From positions 1 through 56,319 of IMG/VR virus record IMGVR_UViG_3300020478_000009: DNA of 56,319 nt; one strand, given 5' to 3'. Below the pieces are notes generated by a model. That model had not been told where the DNA came from, did not search any database, and saw only the letters and a program-made list of their open reading frames with translations. Source of the stretch: a virus. Its lineage: Duplodnaviria; Caudoviricetes. A program made the position numbers and the translations under genes. Below, in pieces: positions 26,401-34,444 of the stretch. Position 1 is the stretch's first letter. The number at the start of each line of letters is the position of its first letter.

Positions 26401-28159
26401 GGCTCAAGAGCTAATGGCAAGAGCGCTAGTAGATGAAAGCATCCCAGTCATTTTAGATGGAACTGGAGATTCAACTTACGAAAAGTTAACGATCAAAGTT
26501 AATACAGCACGACAAAGAGCTAAAGGTGGAAGAGTTCGAGGGGAGTATGTCACATCAGATATTGATGTCGCTATAGAGAGAGCGGCAATACGGGCTAAAA
26601 GAGAAGGTCGTGATGTTCCTGAAGGAGTAATCAGAGAGACTCATGTGAATGTTTCTAAAGTTTTCCCTAAAGCGGCTGATGACGATTTGTTTGACGAGTT
26701 GCGTTTGTATGACACTAATAGTGGTGAGCCTGTTTTGATTTACGAGAAGATTGATGGTGTTGAAAACATTATTGACCCGGAAGCTTACGAACGGTTCTTA
26801 ATGAAGAATCCTGATTATACTCCACCTGCGTCTGAGACAATAGAATCTTTGCGGTCTATTACTGAAACATTGTCAAATATGGAAGATGACTTGGGCATTT
26901 CTCTTCTAGTAGATGATGCCGGTAATTATGCTGGCACACCTGCATATTATGCTGATGATGTGCCTGTTCGTGTAGAAACAGGTACGAGCTATGCAGATGA
27001 GGTAGAAGTAGTGGGAAGTTTCAAAGAGCAGAAAGAAACTCTTGATGTCGCTTTGGAGATGGTAGATAGTGCGTTTGCTCCACCTACAGGTGGCTTGTCG
27101 CTTTACTGGGATAGGAGACCAAAGAAAGTTGAGTTTCGTTACACTCCAACTAAACCTAAAGGAAAAGACGGTTTAGGTGGTTCGTATAACAAAAAGAAAT
27201 ACCCAGACAGGCCTAAACGTGTAGCTAAACCTGCACGTATAAAAAAGATGATTCCGGAGGTTACCTCGAATTTAGACGAATGGGCAAAACAACGATCATA
27301 TGCACTTGGTGAACCTATAGCGGCATTAGATGTGGCTACTGGTCTTCCCGCAACTGTAAATGGCAAAATTGCTTACGTTCACGACAATATGGCAGAACAA
27401 GCTAAACAATACAGACACGTTGCGACACGATTAGAAGAACTCAATAAGCGGGCTATGCAGGACTCGGCTTTGTTTGAACTTTATGGTTATGAGAGTGCTG
27501 AAGAAATGCTGGAAGAGTATTACAGCTACTGGTACGCACAAGCTGAACGTTTAGAAGAAATTGATGTATATGATCGTGGATACATCGGGGAGTCTTTCCG
27601 TTTCATCAGGCTCCGACCGGGAACTAAAGGCAGTCGAACAAACGCTCTTGTGCATGAGATAGGACACGATTTTGATTACATGCAAGAAATAGAACTTGTC
27701 TTAATTAAAAACAAAGAAAAGATGCAACTCTCGCCAAATGATAGCAACATAGAAATTATTTTTGATTTGTATAAGAGAGGCAAAATTAATAAAGCGTCAG
27801 TTGGAGAGCAGGGCTTGGCTTACATTGAGTTCATGGAAAACGTTGTTGAGAGCAAGGCTTACAAAAAGTTACTTTCACAAGAAGTTCAGGACACGATGTT
27901 GAACGCAGGAATGTCGCAAGCGGAAATATCTGCTTACCTACAATACGCTACCAGTCCAAAAGAAGTTTGGGCTAGAGCATTTAACCAGTGGACTACAACA
28001 CGACATGGGCGTAATGCACCTGACGCAGTAGAAGATATGCTAGTCGAATCTTTGCCATCGTTTAATAACATTGGTTTTCAGTGGGAACAAGAAGATTTTG
28101 ATATAATGGTAGCACCATATTTAGAGAAAATTTTTAAAGCAAACGGGTGGGTTGAGTAA
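23438..28159 (+). CDS. MuF head-morphogenesis protein fused to RelA/SpoT(Apk)-type synthetase, two zeta-toxin kinase domains and a C-terminal HEXXH domain
   Basis: MuF: RARMISRTE, C..C, PPAHPNCRC. Synthetase: KTEASLARK, DALRFT, KNFW, YNGIN, EIQFHT. Zeta x2: GGGPASGKG, D..K...PEY, HEES, DGT. C-terminus: HEIGH, EVWARAF. Confidence 0.88.
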   Translation: MPLTIGRSRRSGFAKTVVKIPRKQVAGQPGLEPVDAPLTPLEKKVARIFVEALTFTPRQISRLLEEDETVGALTPFLEHLEPARKELSDALMEQLDESGAFFWNELVDQLKRKPDPSSVNFIAKNQIRKEIDPEDVTVVMPTGAEFTSSFSKRTPRGKRWADNESARLITNIAEETRENLQDVIASATGRGGRQRMMTLLGNVLENAPAGIDSGNVLTKFQSEVSPAVAGLTFKQHNAVINTANKAFDDALAKGLPFNKAVEAAEKEALAHGKRAREYRARMISRTEMMEASNRGKLEAAKQAAEAGMFNPHRAGRQWVTSTFDVCVTCEPLHGKVVAFESGTFPAKYKVSGNWVEEPHDLPPAHPNCRCTWTLVYDTVVPPTATETGVLTPPKDVPLELLNRAWAEAGKLARSVASVQDEVTGVMVSVADDIGADMYGLQHATKTEASLARKITTDFTEEVAKDPTLTVEAVAEDIGDALRFTMIADAENYTDDVMAALRDLEARGYTYKKAPKNFWRVDNLKNPYNGINVNMRTPTGQIVEIQFHTPEGIAMKNRIHPLYERQRAIGVTQELKDEIAEEMAEMVSVLDYPDDVTDLRFFPDEEIKYRLETEDDIVARFGGKWPEGSMDAYTDADGNWWEMRETLHENIIEEGLSKATPVEEPIVHFMGGGPASGKGTAIRQGLIDVPDNIVVVDADEIKDALPEYKALIDDRSSRAAAYVHEESSYLSKEMFQESIDSGRNTQLDGTGDSSIEKLRSKVASAREASSAQGGTRVIADYITIDTEEAVKRARSRAIRTGRSVPESVVRETHASISRIFPDILDENLFDDIKLWDTAFDPPKLILRKVDGVLEIYDEAAYERFLLKNPDYPGAGIKPGIEPIIDSKSRVYLTIDEQYDPLRQSQVHEPFYEEKLAQGVPTDEPDVVILGGGPASGKGHLLDRDIIEKPEGHIVVNPDDAKAVIPEYKQIIENGDSWASTYVHEESSDMAQELMARALVDESIPVILDGTGDSTYEKLTIKVNTARQRAKGGRVRGEYVTSDIDVAIERAAIRAKREGRDVPEGVIRETHVNVSKVFPKAADDDLFDELRLYDTNSGEPVLIYEKIDGVENIIDPEAYERFLMKNPDYTPPASETIESLRSITETLSNMEDDLGISLLVDDAGNYAGTPAYYADDVPVRVETGTSYADEVEVVGSFKEQKETLDVALEMVDSAFAPPTGGLSLYWDRRPKKVEFRYTPTKPKGKDGLGGSYNKKKYPDRPKRVAKPARIKKMIPEVTSNLDEWAKQRSYALGEPIAALDVATGLPATVNGKIAYVHDNMAEQAKQYRHVATRLEELNKRAMQDSALFELYGYESAEEMLEEYYSYWYAQAERLEEIDVYDRGYIGESFRFIRLRPGTKGSRTNALVHEIGHDFDYMQEIELVLIKNKEKMQLSPNDSNIEIIFDLYKRGKINKASVGEQGLAYIEFMENVVESKAYKKLLSQEVQDTMLNAGMSQAEISAYLQYATSPKEVWARAFNQWTTTRHGRNAPDAVEDMLVESLPSFNNIGFQWEQEDFDIMVAPYLEKIFKANGWVE

Positions 28160-28374
28160 TGGTTTTACCTAAGTTTATGTCAACAGAAGAAGCCGAAGAG
28201 GCTTTAGGAAACGCGCCTAAGTATGATTTAGTTATGGATGATGAAGACACAGTTGAGTTCGGAGAATCTATGTCAAGCTTTTTTAGCTCACATGAAGAAA
28301 GACTAGAACTTGTTGAACGAGGAGTAATCATTTCTGCTTATGATGCTTTTCCTTATTCGCCTGACGATGAGTGA
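28159..28374 (+). CDS. Small acidic protein, candidate immunity protein
   Basis: TAATG-coupled directly behind the MuF toxin gene. Confidence 0.55.
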   Translation: MVLPKFMSTEEAEEALGNAPKYDLVMDDEDTVEFGESMSSFFSSHEERLELVERGVIISAYDAFPYSPDDE

Positions 28375-28705
28375 CGTAGCATTAAATTGGTTTATTAACG
28401 AAGCGACCGGTGAGCGAGTAGTTTTAAGAAACCAACAAGGAGAAGACTGGAAAAAAGATTCCGCTTGTAAAGACTCTTCAGTTAAAACATTCTTCTTAGA
28501 GAAAGGTTCTACTGGTGTAGTAAGAGCTAGGGAGATATGTGCCGATTGTCCAGTCAGAGTTGATTGTCTTGATTATGCGTTGCGACATGGTGAGAAGTGG
28601 GGAATCTGGGGAGGGTTGACTTCAACTGAGCGAAGGCCCTTCCGTAGGTTGCAGTTAGAGAACCCTGAACAGGATTTAAAGCCGATCTGGCAAAAAATTT
28701 TTTAA
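28367..28705 (+). CDS. whiB: WhiB-family Fe-S transcription regulator
   Basis: W...AC, CADCPVRVDCLDYAL, GIWGGLT. Confidence 0.93.
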   Translation: MSDVALNWFINEATGERVVLRNQQGEDWKKDSACKDSSVKTFFLEKGSTGVVRAREICADCPVRVDCLDYALRHGEKWGIWGGLTSTERRPFRRLQLENPEQDLKPIWQKIF

Positions 28706-28767
28706 ATTTATTTTTTCCCTTTAAAGACTTTAAGTTTTTTGTCGTTTTTGGTCGTTTTGGGCTTGTT

Positions 28768-28844
28768 TAAAAACCCTTGAATTGTAAACCATACTATATG
28801 ACGCTATACTTATATATATGAGAGAGAACAGCAAAGGAGAAGAA
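28768..28844 (+). promoter_or_regulatory. Island promoter and RBS
   Basis: AAACCCTTGA half-site at 28771, ATACTATA/ACGCTATA at 28791/28801, TATACT at 28805, AAAGGAGA. Confidence 0.65.
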
Positions 28845-29162
28845 ATGAAAACAGTAATTGTAGTTTCTCATTCACATGATTGTCAGTCACAGCGAACAGT
28901 CGCCGTTGATGAAAATTGTGAAGCTTGCTCTGAGCTTCAACTCAGAGAAGATGTAGTAACTGGTTATGGTGAACGACTCGCAGAATTTGTTAATGAAAAC
29001 ATTCTGTGTGGACTTTCTGCTGATGAAGCAAGAATCGCTTTTGGACCACTACCAAAACTTCCAACAATAATTGTTAAAAACAAAGCTCCATATGAACGTG
29101 CGGCTGAAGCTGAAAAAGCTTTTTTAGCATTTTTTGAAGAAGAAGAAATCCCACCATTTTAA
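28845..29162 (+). CDS. Hypothetical protein (alternative leaderless start at 28818)
   Basis: SD AAAGGAGA; H..C..C..C; EEEIPPF tail resembles SSB-type acidic tails. Confidence 0.6.
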   Translation: MKTVIVVSHSHDCQSQRTVAVDENCEACSELQLREDVVTGYGERLAEFVNENILCGLSADEARIAFGPLPKLPTIIVKNKAPYERAAEAEKAFLAFFEEEEIPPF

Positions 29163-29174
29163 GAAAGGAGAAAA

Positions 29175-29561
29175 ATGATTAAACGATCATTAACTAAAAA
29201 ACAACAACAACAAGTTCAAGCTGAACGTGAAGCTTTCTTTGAGGGCTGGACAAAAACTCCGACCTACAAACCTGAAGGCACACTTCCATTGGAAGAAGGC
29301 CGAAGGTTCTTCGTGAAACAAGGTACTTGTCATAAGACGGGTTGGTTTGAGTTCATCGAGCATGTGGTTGAACCCAGTGGTCATGAATACATAAGTTGTT
29401 ATGGACCATACACCAAGGCCGGGAAGAACAAAACTGGCACTGGTTATCACGCTTTAAGGCCAGAGGTTATAGCAAGGGTTGAACAAACCAAGGTATCACC
29501 TTTGAAGAAAAGAGTTAAACAGATTGAAGAAGAAAGACAGCAAGAATCACTTGCTGCTTAG
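29175..29561 (+). CDS. Hypothetical protein
   Basis: SD GAAAGGAGA. Confidence 0.6.
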   Translation: MIKRSLTKKQQQQVQAEREAFFEGWTKTPTYKPEGTLPLEEGRRFFVKQGTCHKTGWFEFIEHVVEPSGHEYISCYGPYTKAGKNKTGTGYHALRPEVIARVEQTKVSPLKKRVKQIEEERQQESLAA

Positions 29562-29573
29562 AAAGGAGGTGAA

Positions 29574-29771
29574 ATGACTACATATCCTGAAATAGAAGTT
29601 CAGTTGACCGGTAATGATGGTAACGCATTTGCGATAATGGGTGCGATACAGAAAGCATTGCGTGAACATGATGTTCCGCAAGATGAGATAAACGCTGTTC
29701 TAGCTGAGATGAAGTCAGGTGATTATGATCATCTGCTCCAGACTGCAATGCAAACAGTAACAGTGCATTAA
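29574..29771 (+). CDS. Small conserved phage protein (DGNAF..G..GDYDHLL motif)
   Basis: Recognisable motif; SD AAAGGAGGT. Confidence 0.7.
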   Translation: MTTYPEIEVQLTGNDGNAFAIMGAIQKALREHDVPQDEINAVLAEMKSGDYDHLLQTAMQTVTVH

Positions 29772-29799
29772 CAGATATAATAAAAGATAAGGAGGCGTA

Positions 29800-30006
29800 A
29801 TGCCAGATAGCGAAGAGCTAAACAGAATGATGGTCGAAATATCGGCTGGAATGGATTATGGTGATCCAAGGTCAAAAGTACCGAAGCGTAAAGACATTAA
29901 GGAATTTTGGCCCAAACTTAAAGCAGAGATGGATGAGATTAAAGCTAAAGGTCACATCGTAGAAATCCCCGGCGAGATACCTGATTTAAGTCAACGTAAT
30001 GCCTAG
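29800..30006 (+). CDS. Small protein, candidate immunity/antitoxin
   Basis: Own -10 TATAAT (29776) and SD AAGGAGG; coupled to the next gene. Confidence 0.55.
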   Translation: MPDSEELNRMMVEISAGMDYGDPRSKVPKRKDIKEFWPKLKAEMDEIKAKGHIVEIPGEIPDLSQRNA

Positions 30007-30241
30007 ATCAAACATTAAACGAAGCTATTTATTAAATGAGATTGATGGAAAAGTTGGCGCAATTTACATGATTGAGCAAGGCCCCGGTTTCTTACGAGAC
30101 TGGGTTCTTGGTTGGGAAGGTTGGATTCCTACAAACCAGATTTCAGATTGGCGTATTGGGGAACGTGATTTTGATGAGATTACGCGCAAAGAAGCTAAAG
30201 AAGCGGCTAAAAGTTTAGGTTTAGGAAAGTACGTTAAGTAA
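29999..30241 (+). CDS. Candidate IapK-like immunity protein for the Apk-type domain
   Basis: 80 aa, Trp-rich, with C-terminal DFDEITRKEA resembling the D.EEI(S/T)..EA motif recalled for Apk2 immunity proteins. Confidence 0.55.
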   Translation: MPRSNIKRSYLLNEIDGKVGAIYMIEQGPGFLRDWVLGWEGWIPTNQISDWRIGERDFDEITRKEAKEAAKSLGLGKYVK

Positions 30242-30277
30242 TAACTCTGGCTCTTCTCAGTTGATATTATTGTGTTT

Positions 30278-31510
30278 ATGCCTTATTCAATTACCAGTAA
30301 CCACAAAGATTGCTCAACGTTTGCAGTTGTTAAAGACGATGATGGTAAGTTGATGGGGTGTCATGAAACACGTGAAGCGGCTAAAAGACAGATAGCCGCA
30401 TTGTACGCATCTGAAGGAGCGAGCATGGAAAAAGCAACCAAGACTGATGATGGTAACGAATATCCTGCTAAAGCTTATGCGTATGTTCCTGATGCTGAGA
30501 AACCTTCAACATGGAAGTTACGTCTTTGGCAAACCCCTGAGATGGGAGTAACACGTAGGCAAGTTGGTTTAGCGATAGCCGCTTTAGGTAAAGGATATAG
30601 AGGAAACAGAGTGCGAATACCTTCTGGTGATCTTCCGGCTGTTAAAAATCGAGTGTTGAATGCGTGGTTGGATGTTCACCCTGAGATGAATCGTAGTGAT
30701 GCTCCCAGAGTTCTTTTAGCTAGTCGCATGACTGTAGCTACTCCTGCTGATAAGCGTCTTTACGACAAAGGGCATAACGACTGGCAGAGCGATTCAATGA
30801 CTTTGTTGCTTATGGCTTATCGTGAAATGCTGAATCATCCTAATTGTGAAGAGTTGCTTGAACCTCTTATGGAACTCATTCACATGAAGCAAGACATCAT
30901 GTTAGAAGCAATGGAAATTGAACTGGATGAAGAAGAAGACTATGAATATGCTCTTGAGCAACCCACGTTGGAAAGAATTAAAAGAGCGTCATTAAGACAG
31001 TTGACCAAATGGATTAACGGCATGGATAAGATGGGCGATTCTCGCGATGTCGCTGTGTTAAGAGCTTACGTTGAAGCAGAGATTAAGAGTCGAATAAACA
31101 AAGCTGGTTTCGTTGTAGAAAAAGCTGAAGCTAAACGTTACACACTAGGTCCGGTGTACGTGCCAAACGTTGAAGATGCTCATGGAGAGTTCACAGATGA
31201 TGACACTTTACAGGAAGCACTTTGGGGATGGATGCAAAAAGATGATCGTTCCATTTACTTGCAACATTCTGAAACTAAAGCAGGAGAGTTTGTTGAACTA
31301 TTAACATGGCCTTTCGCAATGAAAGCAGAGATGAGTTTGCCTGATCAAGAAGCTCAAGAGTTTGAGTTTCCCGCAAACACACCTTTCATGGGTGTTATAT
31401 GGGAACCTTGGGCATGGGAGCTTGTACAGCAAGGAGAGCTTCGTGGTTACTCAATCGGAGGAACGGCTCGCAGGGTTGAAGCGGATCTAGGTGAACTGGT
31501 TTCTGCGTGA
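30278..31510 (+). CDS. Capsid maturation protease (XkdF-like) with N-terminal extension
   Basis: YTLGPVYVPN..DAHGE, LQH, GYSIGG; TATTAT lies 7 nt before ATG 30278. Confidence 0.8.
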   Translation: MPYSITSNHKDCSTFAVVKDDDGKLMGCHETREAAKRQIAALYASEGASMEKATKTDDGNEYPAKAYAYVPDAEKPSTWKLRLWQTPEMGVTRRQVGLAIAALGKGYRGNRVRIPSGDLPAVKNRVLNAWLDVHPEMNRSDAPRVLLASRMTVATPADKRLYDKGHNDWQSDSMTLLLMAYREMLNHPNCEELLEPLMELIHMKQDIMLEAMEIELDEEEDYEYALEQPTLERIKRASLRQLTKWINGMDKMGDSRDVAVLRAYVEAEIKSRINKAGFVVEKAEAKRYTLGPVYVPNVEDAHGEFTDDDTLQEALWGWMQKDDRSIYLQHSETKAGEFVELLTWPFAMKAEMSLPDQEAQEFEFPANTPFMGVIWEPWAWELVQQGELRGYSIGGTARRVEADLGELVSA

Positions 31511-31698
31511 ATGCCATTATCAATAGCTGGATTGAACAGCTTAAAAGATACGAGAAGCTCGTAGCTACTTTCGATGGTCAAGTAGAAATTCGTCTTTATG
31601 CGAACAAAGGTTCGGTTCGTAAACGACCAATGATTGTTCTTAATGGGGGAAGCCAACCAACAGAAAATGTATTAAACACTACCACTAGCGCAGAATAA
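31507..31698 (+). CDS. Small protein preceding the capsid-operon leader (possibly DUF2292/YezD-like)
   Basis: FDGQVEIRLYANKGSV beta-hairpin pattern; GTGA coupling. Confidence 0.45.
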   Translation: MNAIINSWIEQLKRYEKLVATFDGQVEIRLYANKGSVRKRPMIVLNGGSQPTENVLNTTTSAE

Positions 31699-31752
31699 GC
31701 TATAGTCTAATACAAGGTCATTAACCTATGGCCGGAAAACAGAGGCAAGCCC

Positions 31753-31785
31753 AAGGGTGAAAGCGGATAATGCTTTCACCTTTTT
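31753..31785 (+). terminator. Terminator-like hairpin directly upstream of the scaffold gene
   Basis: AAGGGTGAAAGC pairs with GCTTTCACCTTT, ending in a T run. Confidence 0.55.
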
Positions 31786-31792
31786 GATTTAT

Positions 31793-32542
31793 ATGGCAAA
31801 GAAACTTAAGAAATTAACAGAGCTAGACATAGTAGAAGCATCCGGGGTGGATCATCCCGCACATCTCCATGAGGGATGGCTTCTTATGAAAAGCTTGGAT
31901 GACGTTCTAGATGAAGCCGATGCTATTGAATCAGCGGATGACTCACTTGATGACACGGAGGTAATAACCGTGAGTGAAGAAACTGTGGAGGCTGAAGCCG
32001 AAGAAGAGGCAACCGAAGAAGCAACAGAGCCGGAAGCCGTTGAAGCTATTCCTGAAACTGAGGAAGCAGTCGAGCCTGAGCCAGTAATGGCATCGGTTGA
32101 CTCTCCTGAAGATTTCAAGAAAGAACTAACGGATTTACGGAAACGTGCTGAGGACGCTGAAACTTTAGCTAAAGCACTTCAACATGAGCGAGCCGTAGAA
32201 AAAGCAGAAGACCGTGTACACGGTTGGAGCTACCTTCCACAAATGACAGAAGACTTCACTAAGTCTCTTGTTACTTTGAGGGAGACTTTGCCAACAGAAG
32301 CAGAAGCAGTTGAAAAGGTATTGGATGCCGCTAACGCTTTGTTGTCAGAGAACGTTTCTATGACTCCACTGGGAACCGATGGTGAACTAAGCGAAGAGAG
32401 TGCTTTCGGGCAACTCGAAGCTATGGCTAAAGCCGCAGTAGCAGACGGAGAATTTTCTTCTTATGTTGATGCGCTTCAGCATGTTTCCATCAGTAATCCT
32501 GATTTATACGAAACACATAGAACAGAGATGGGGAGAGGCTAA
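31793..32542 (+). CDS. Capsid scaffolding protein
   Basis: N-terminal EASGVDHPA, acidic linker, coiled coil, C-terminal NPDLY; position before capsid genes. Confidence 0.75.
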   Translation: MAKKLKKLTELDIVEASGVDHPAHLHEGWLLMKSLDDVLDEADAIESADDSLDDTEVITVSEETVEAEAEEEATEEATEPEAVEAIPETEEAVEPEPVMASVDSPEDFKKELTDLRKRAEDAETLAKALQHERAVEKAEDRVHGWSYLPQMTEDFTKSLVTLRETLPTEAEAVEKVLDAANALLSENVSMTPLGTDGELSEESAFGQLEAMAKAAVADGEFSSYVDALQHVSISNPDLYETHRTEMGRG

Positions 32543-32931
32543 TGGCGGCATACGAAGGCGCACAATTAAGAGAAGGCACTTTAAAAGCCGCCGCGGACCT
32601 ATCAAGTAAGCAGTATCATTTCGTTAAACTAGCTTCGGCTACAACAGTTAACGTATGCACTGCGATTACTGATGTCCCAATCGGCATCCTTCAGAATGAT
32701 CCCGAATCCGGCGAAACTGCTGTCATTACTATTTTTGGTATTTCCAAAATGGTAGCTGATGGCACTATTGCGGCTGGCAACATTATCGGCACCAGTGCTG
32801 ATTCTCAAGCTGACGCTATCGCCGCCGGAACTGACACAACCGTCTACACGATGGGATGTGCAATCGGGGCCGCATCAGCAGGTGAAACATTCACAATGTT
32901 TCTCAACCCGACTTTCGGTCGCGCGGCTTAA
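32542..32931 (+). CDS. Capsid decoration/cement protein (DUF2190-like)
   Basis: AAADLSSKQYHFVK, IGILQNDP; position before MCP. Confidence 0.75.
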   Translation: MAAYEGAQLREGTLKAAADLSSKQYHFVKLASATTVNVCTAITDVPIGILQNDPESGETAVITIFGISKMVADGTIAAGNIIGTSADSQADAIAAGTDTTVYTMGCAIGAASAGETFTMFLNPTFGRAA

Positions 32932-32943
32932 GGAGGATAACTA

Positions 32944-33891
32944 ATGCCACAACCAACTCAATCAGACGTACACGTAGACGCGATACTGACAAATATGTCA
33001 GTAGCTTACATGCAGGAAAACTATGCTTTTGTTGCATCTAACGCATTCCCTACAGTAAACGTCAATAAACAATCGGACAAATACTTCACCTATACACAGG
33101 CTGATTTCTTCCGTGACCAAGTACAACTTCGTGCCGATGGCACAGAGTCCGCTGGTACCGGATACGGCTTGAGTACAGCTACCTATTCAACAGCGGTTTA
33201 TGCTTTGCATAAAGACATTGGTGATCAGGTTCGTGAAAACTCCGATAGCCCACTTAATCCTGATATGGATGCCACACGCTTCTTGTCTCAGCAAATGCTG
33301 ATTCGCCAAGAAGTTGACTGGGCATCTTCAGCTTTCACAACTGGTGTTTGGGGTACTGATAGTACACCATCAACCTTGTGGAGCGCATCAGGTTCGACAC
33401 CAATCAGTGATGTTCAAGCAGGAATTAATACTGTCCTTTCTAATACAGGTTATGTACCAAATACTTTGGTCATGTCCTATGCAGTTTGGTCAATCCTGAA
33501 GAACCACTCAGATGTTGTTGATCGGTATAAGTACACATCATCCGACTCAATCACCACTGACCTTCTTGCTAAGGTTCTTGGTGTTGACAAGGTACACGTA
33601 ATGGCAGGCACATATAACACCGCCGCTGAGGGAGCAACCGCTTCATACTCACAAATCGGTGATAAAGATGCTCTGCTTTGCTACGTGGCTCCAAGTGCAG
33701 GTCTTATGACACCTAGCGCTGGTTACAACTTTGTTTGGAACGGCGTTGGTGGAGGACTCGGTACTAGCACCGCTATCAGCAGATTCCGTATGGATCATCT
33801 ACGTGCTGACAGAATAGAAATTCAGAGTGCATGGGACTTTAAAGTAGTTTCATCACCTCTTGGATACTTCTTCTCTAACTGCGTAGCCTGA
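32944..33891 (+). CDS. Major capsid protein
   Basis: VDAILTNMSVAYMQ, FP.V.V.KQSDKY, PNTLVM; SD AAGGAGG; followed by a terminator. Confidence 0.88.
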   Translation: MPQPTQSDVHVDAILTNMSVAYMQENYAFVASNAFPTVNVNKQSDKYFTYTQADFFRDQVQLRADGTESAGTGYGLSTATYSTAVYALHKDIGDQVRENSDSPLNPDMDATRFLSQQMLIRQEVDWASSAFTTGVWGTDSTPSTLWSASGSTPISDVQAGINTVLSNTGYVPNTLVMSYAVWSILKNHSDVVDRYKYTSSDSITTDLLAKVLGVDKVHVMAGTYNTAAEGATASYSQIGDKDALLCYVAPSAGLMTPSAGYNFVWNGVGGGLGTSTAISRFRMDHLRADRIEIQSAWDFKVVSSPLGYFFSNCVA

Positions 33892-33907
33892 TTCATCAGG
33901 TAAACCT

Positions 33908-33958
33908 AAACGAACGGCTGAGGGTCGGTTTTGTGCCGGCTCTCGGCTTTCGTTTTAT
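33908..33958 (+). terminator. Intrinsic terminator after MCP
   Basis: GGCTGAGGGTCGG pairs with CCGGCTCTCGGCT, then a T-rich tail. Confidence 0.7.
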
Positions 33959-33970
33959 TAAGGAGTAAAA

Positions 33971-34444
33971 ATGGCTTGGACTTATAGCGGAGATCCTGAC
34001 TCTAGCGCTCTTGACGCTATTCGTTTTCTCTGCGGTGATACAGACACTAACGATCAGCTTCTCGCTAATGAAGAAATAAGTTGGATAAATAAAGAAGTGA
34101 CAGGTAGCACTACAGCTACAACTGGTTTATACGATGCGGCTTACCGTTGTTGCTTGCTTATAGCTTCTAAGTTTTCACGCATGGCTGACAAAGCTGTCGG
34201 TGATTTGCGTGTTGATATGTCACAGAAAGCAAAATCTTATCGTGATCAAGCCGCTGAATTAAAAGAACTCGCAAGCCGTGAAGGGCTTGTACCCACTCCT
34301 TACTCCGGAGGTATGACCATCAGCGATAAAGACATTGACGCTGAAGATTCAAACATGGTTCAACCTTCTTTCTATCAAGGGCAATTCAACAACCCCGGTG
34401 CAGTCGTGGGAAACAGAGAGTACTGGCCCGGATCGGATAACTAA
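33971..34444 (+). CDS. Head-tail adaptor
   Basis: MAWTY, IRFLCGDT..LL..EEI; synteny. Confidence 0.75.
   Translation: MAWTYSGDPDSSALDAIRFLCGDTDTNDQLLANEEISWINKEVTGSTTATTGLYDAAYRCCLLIASKFSRMADKAVGDLRVDMSQKAKSYRDQAAELKELASREGLVPTPYSGGMTISDKDIDAEDSNMVQPSFYQGQFNNPGAVVGNREYWPGSDN

Noticed and set aside
25350-26820. Duplicated zeta domains as an assembly artefact
   Set aside because: The copies are clearly diverged at both nucleotide and protein level and stay in frame
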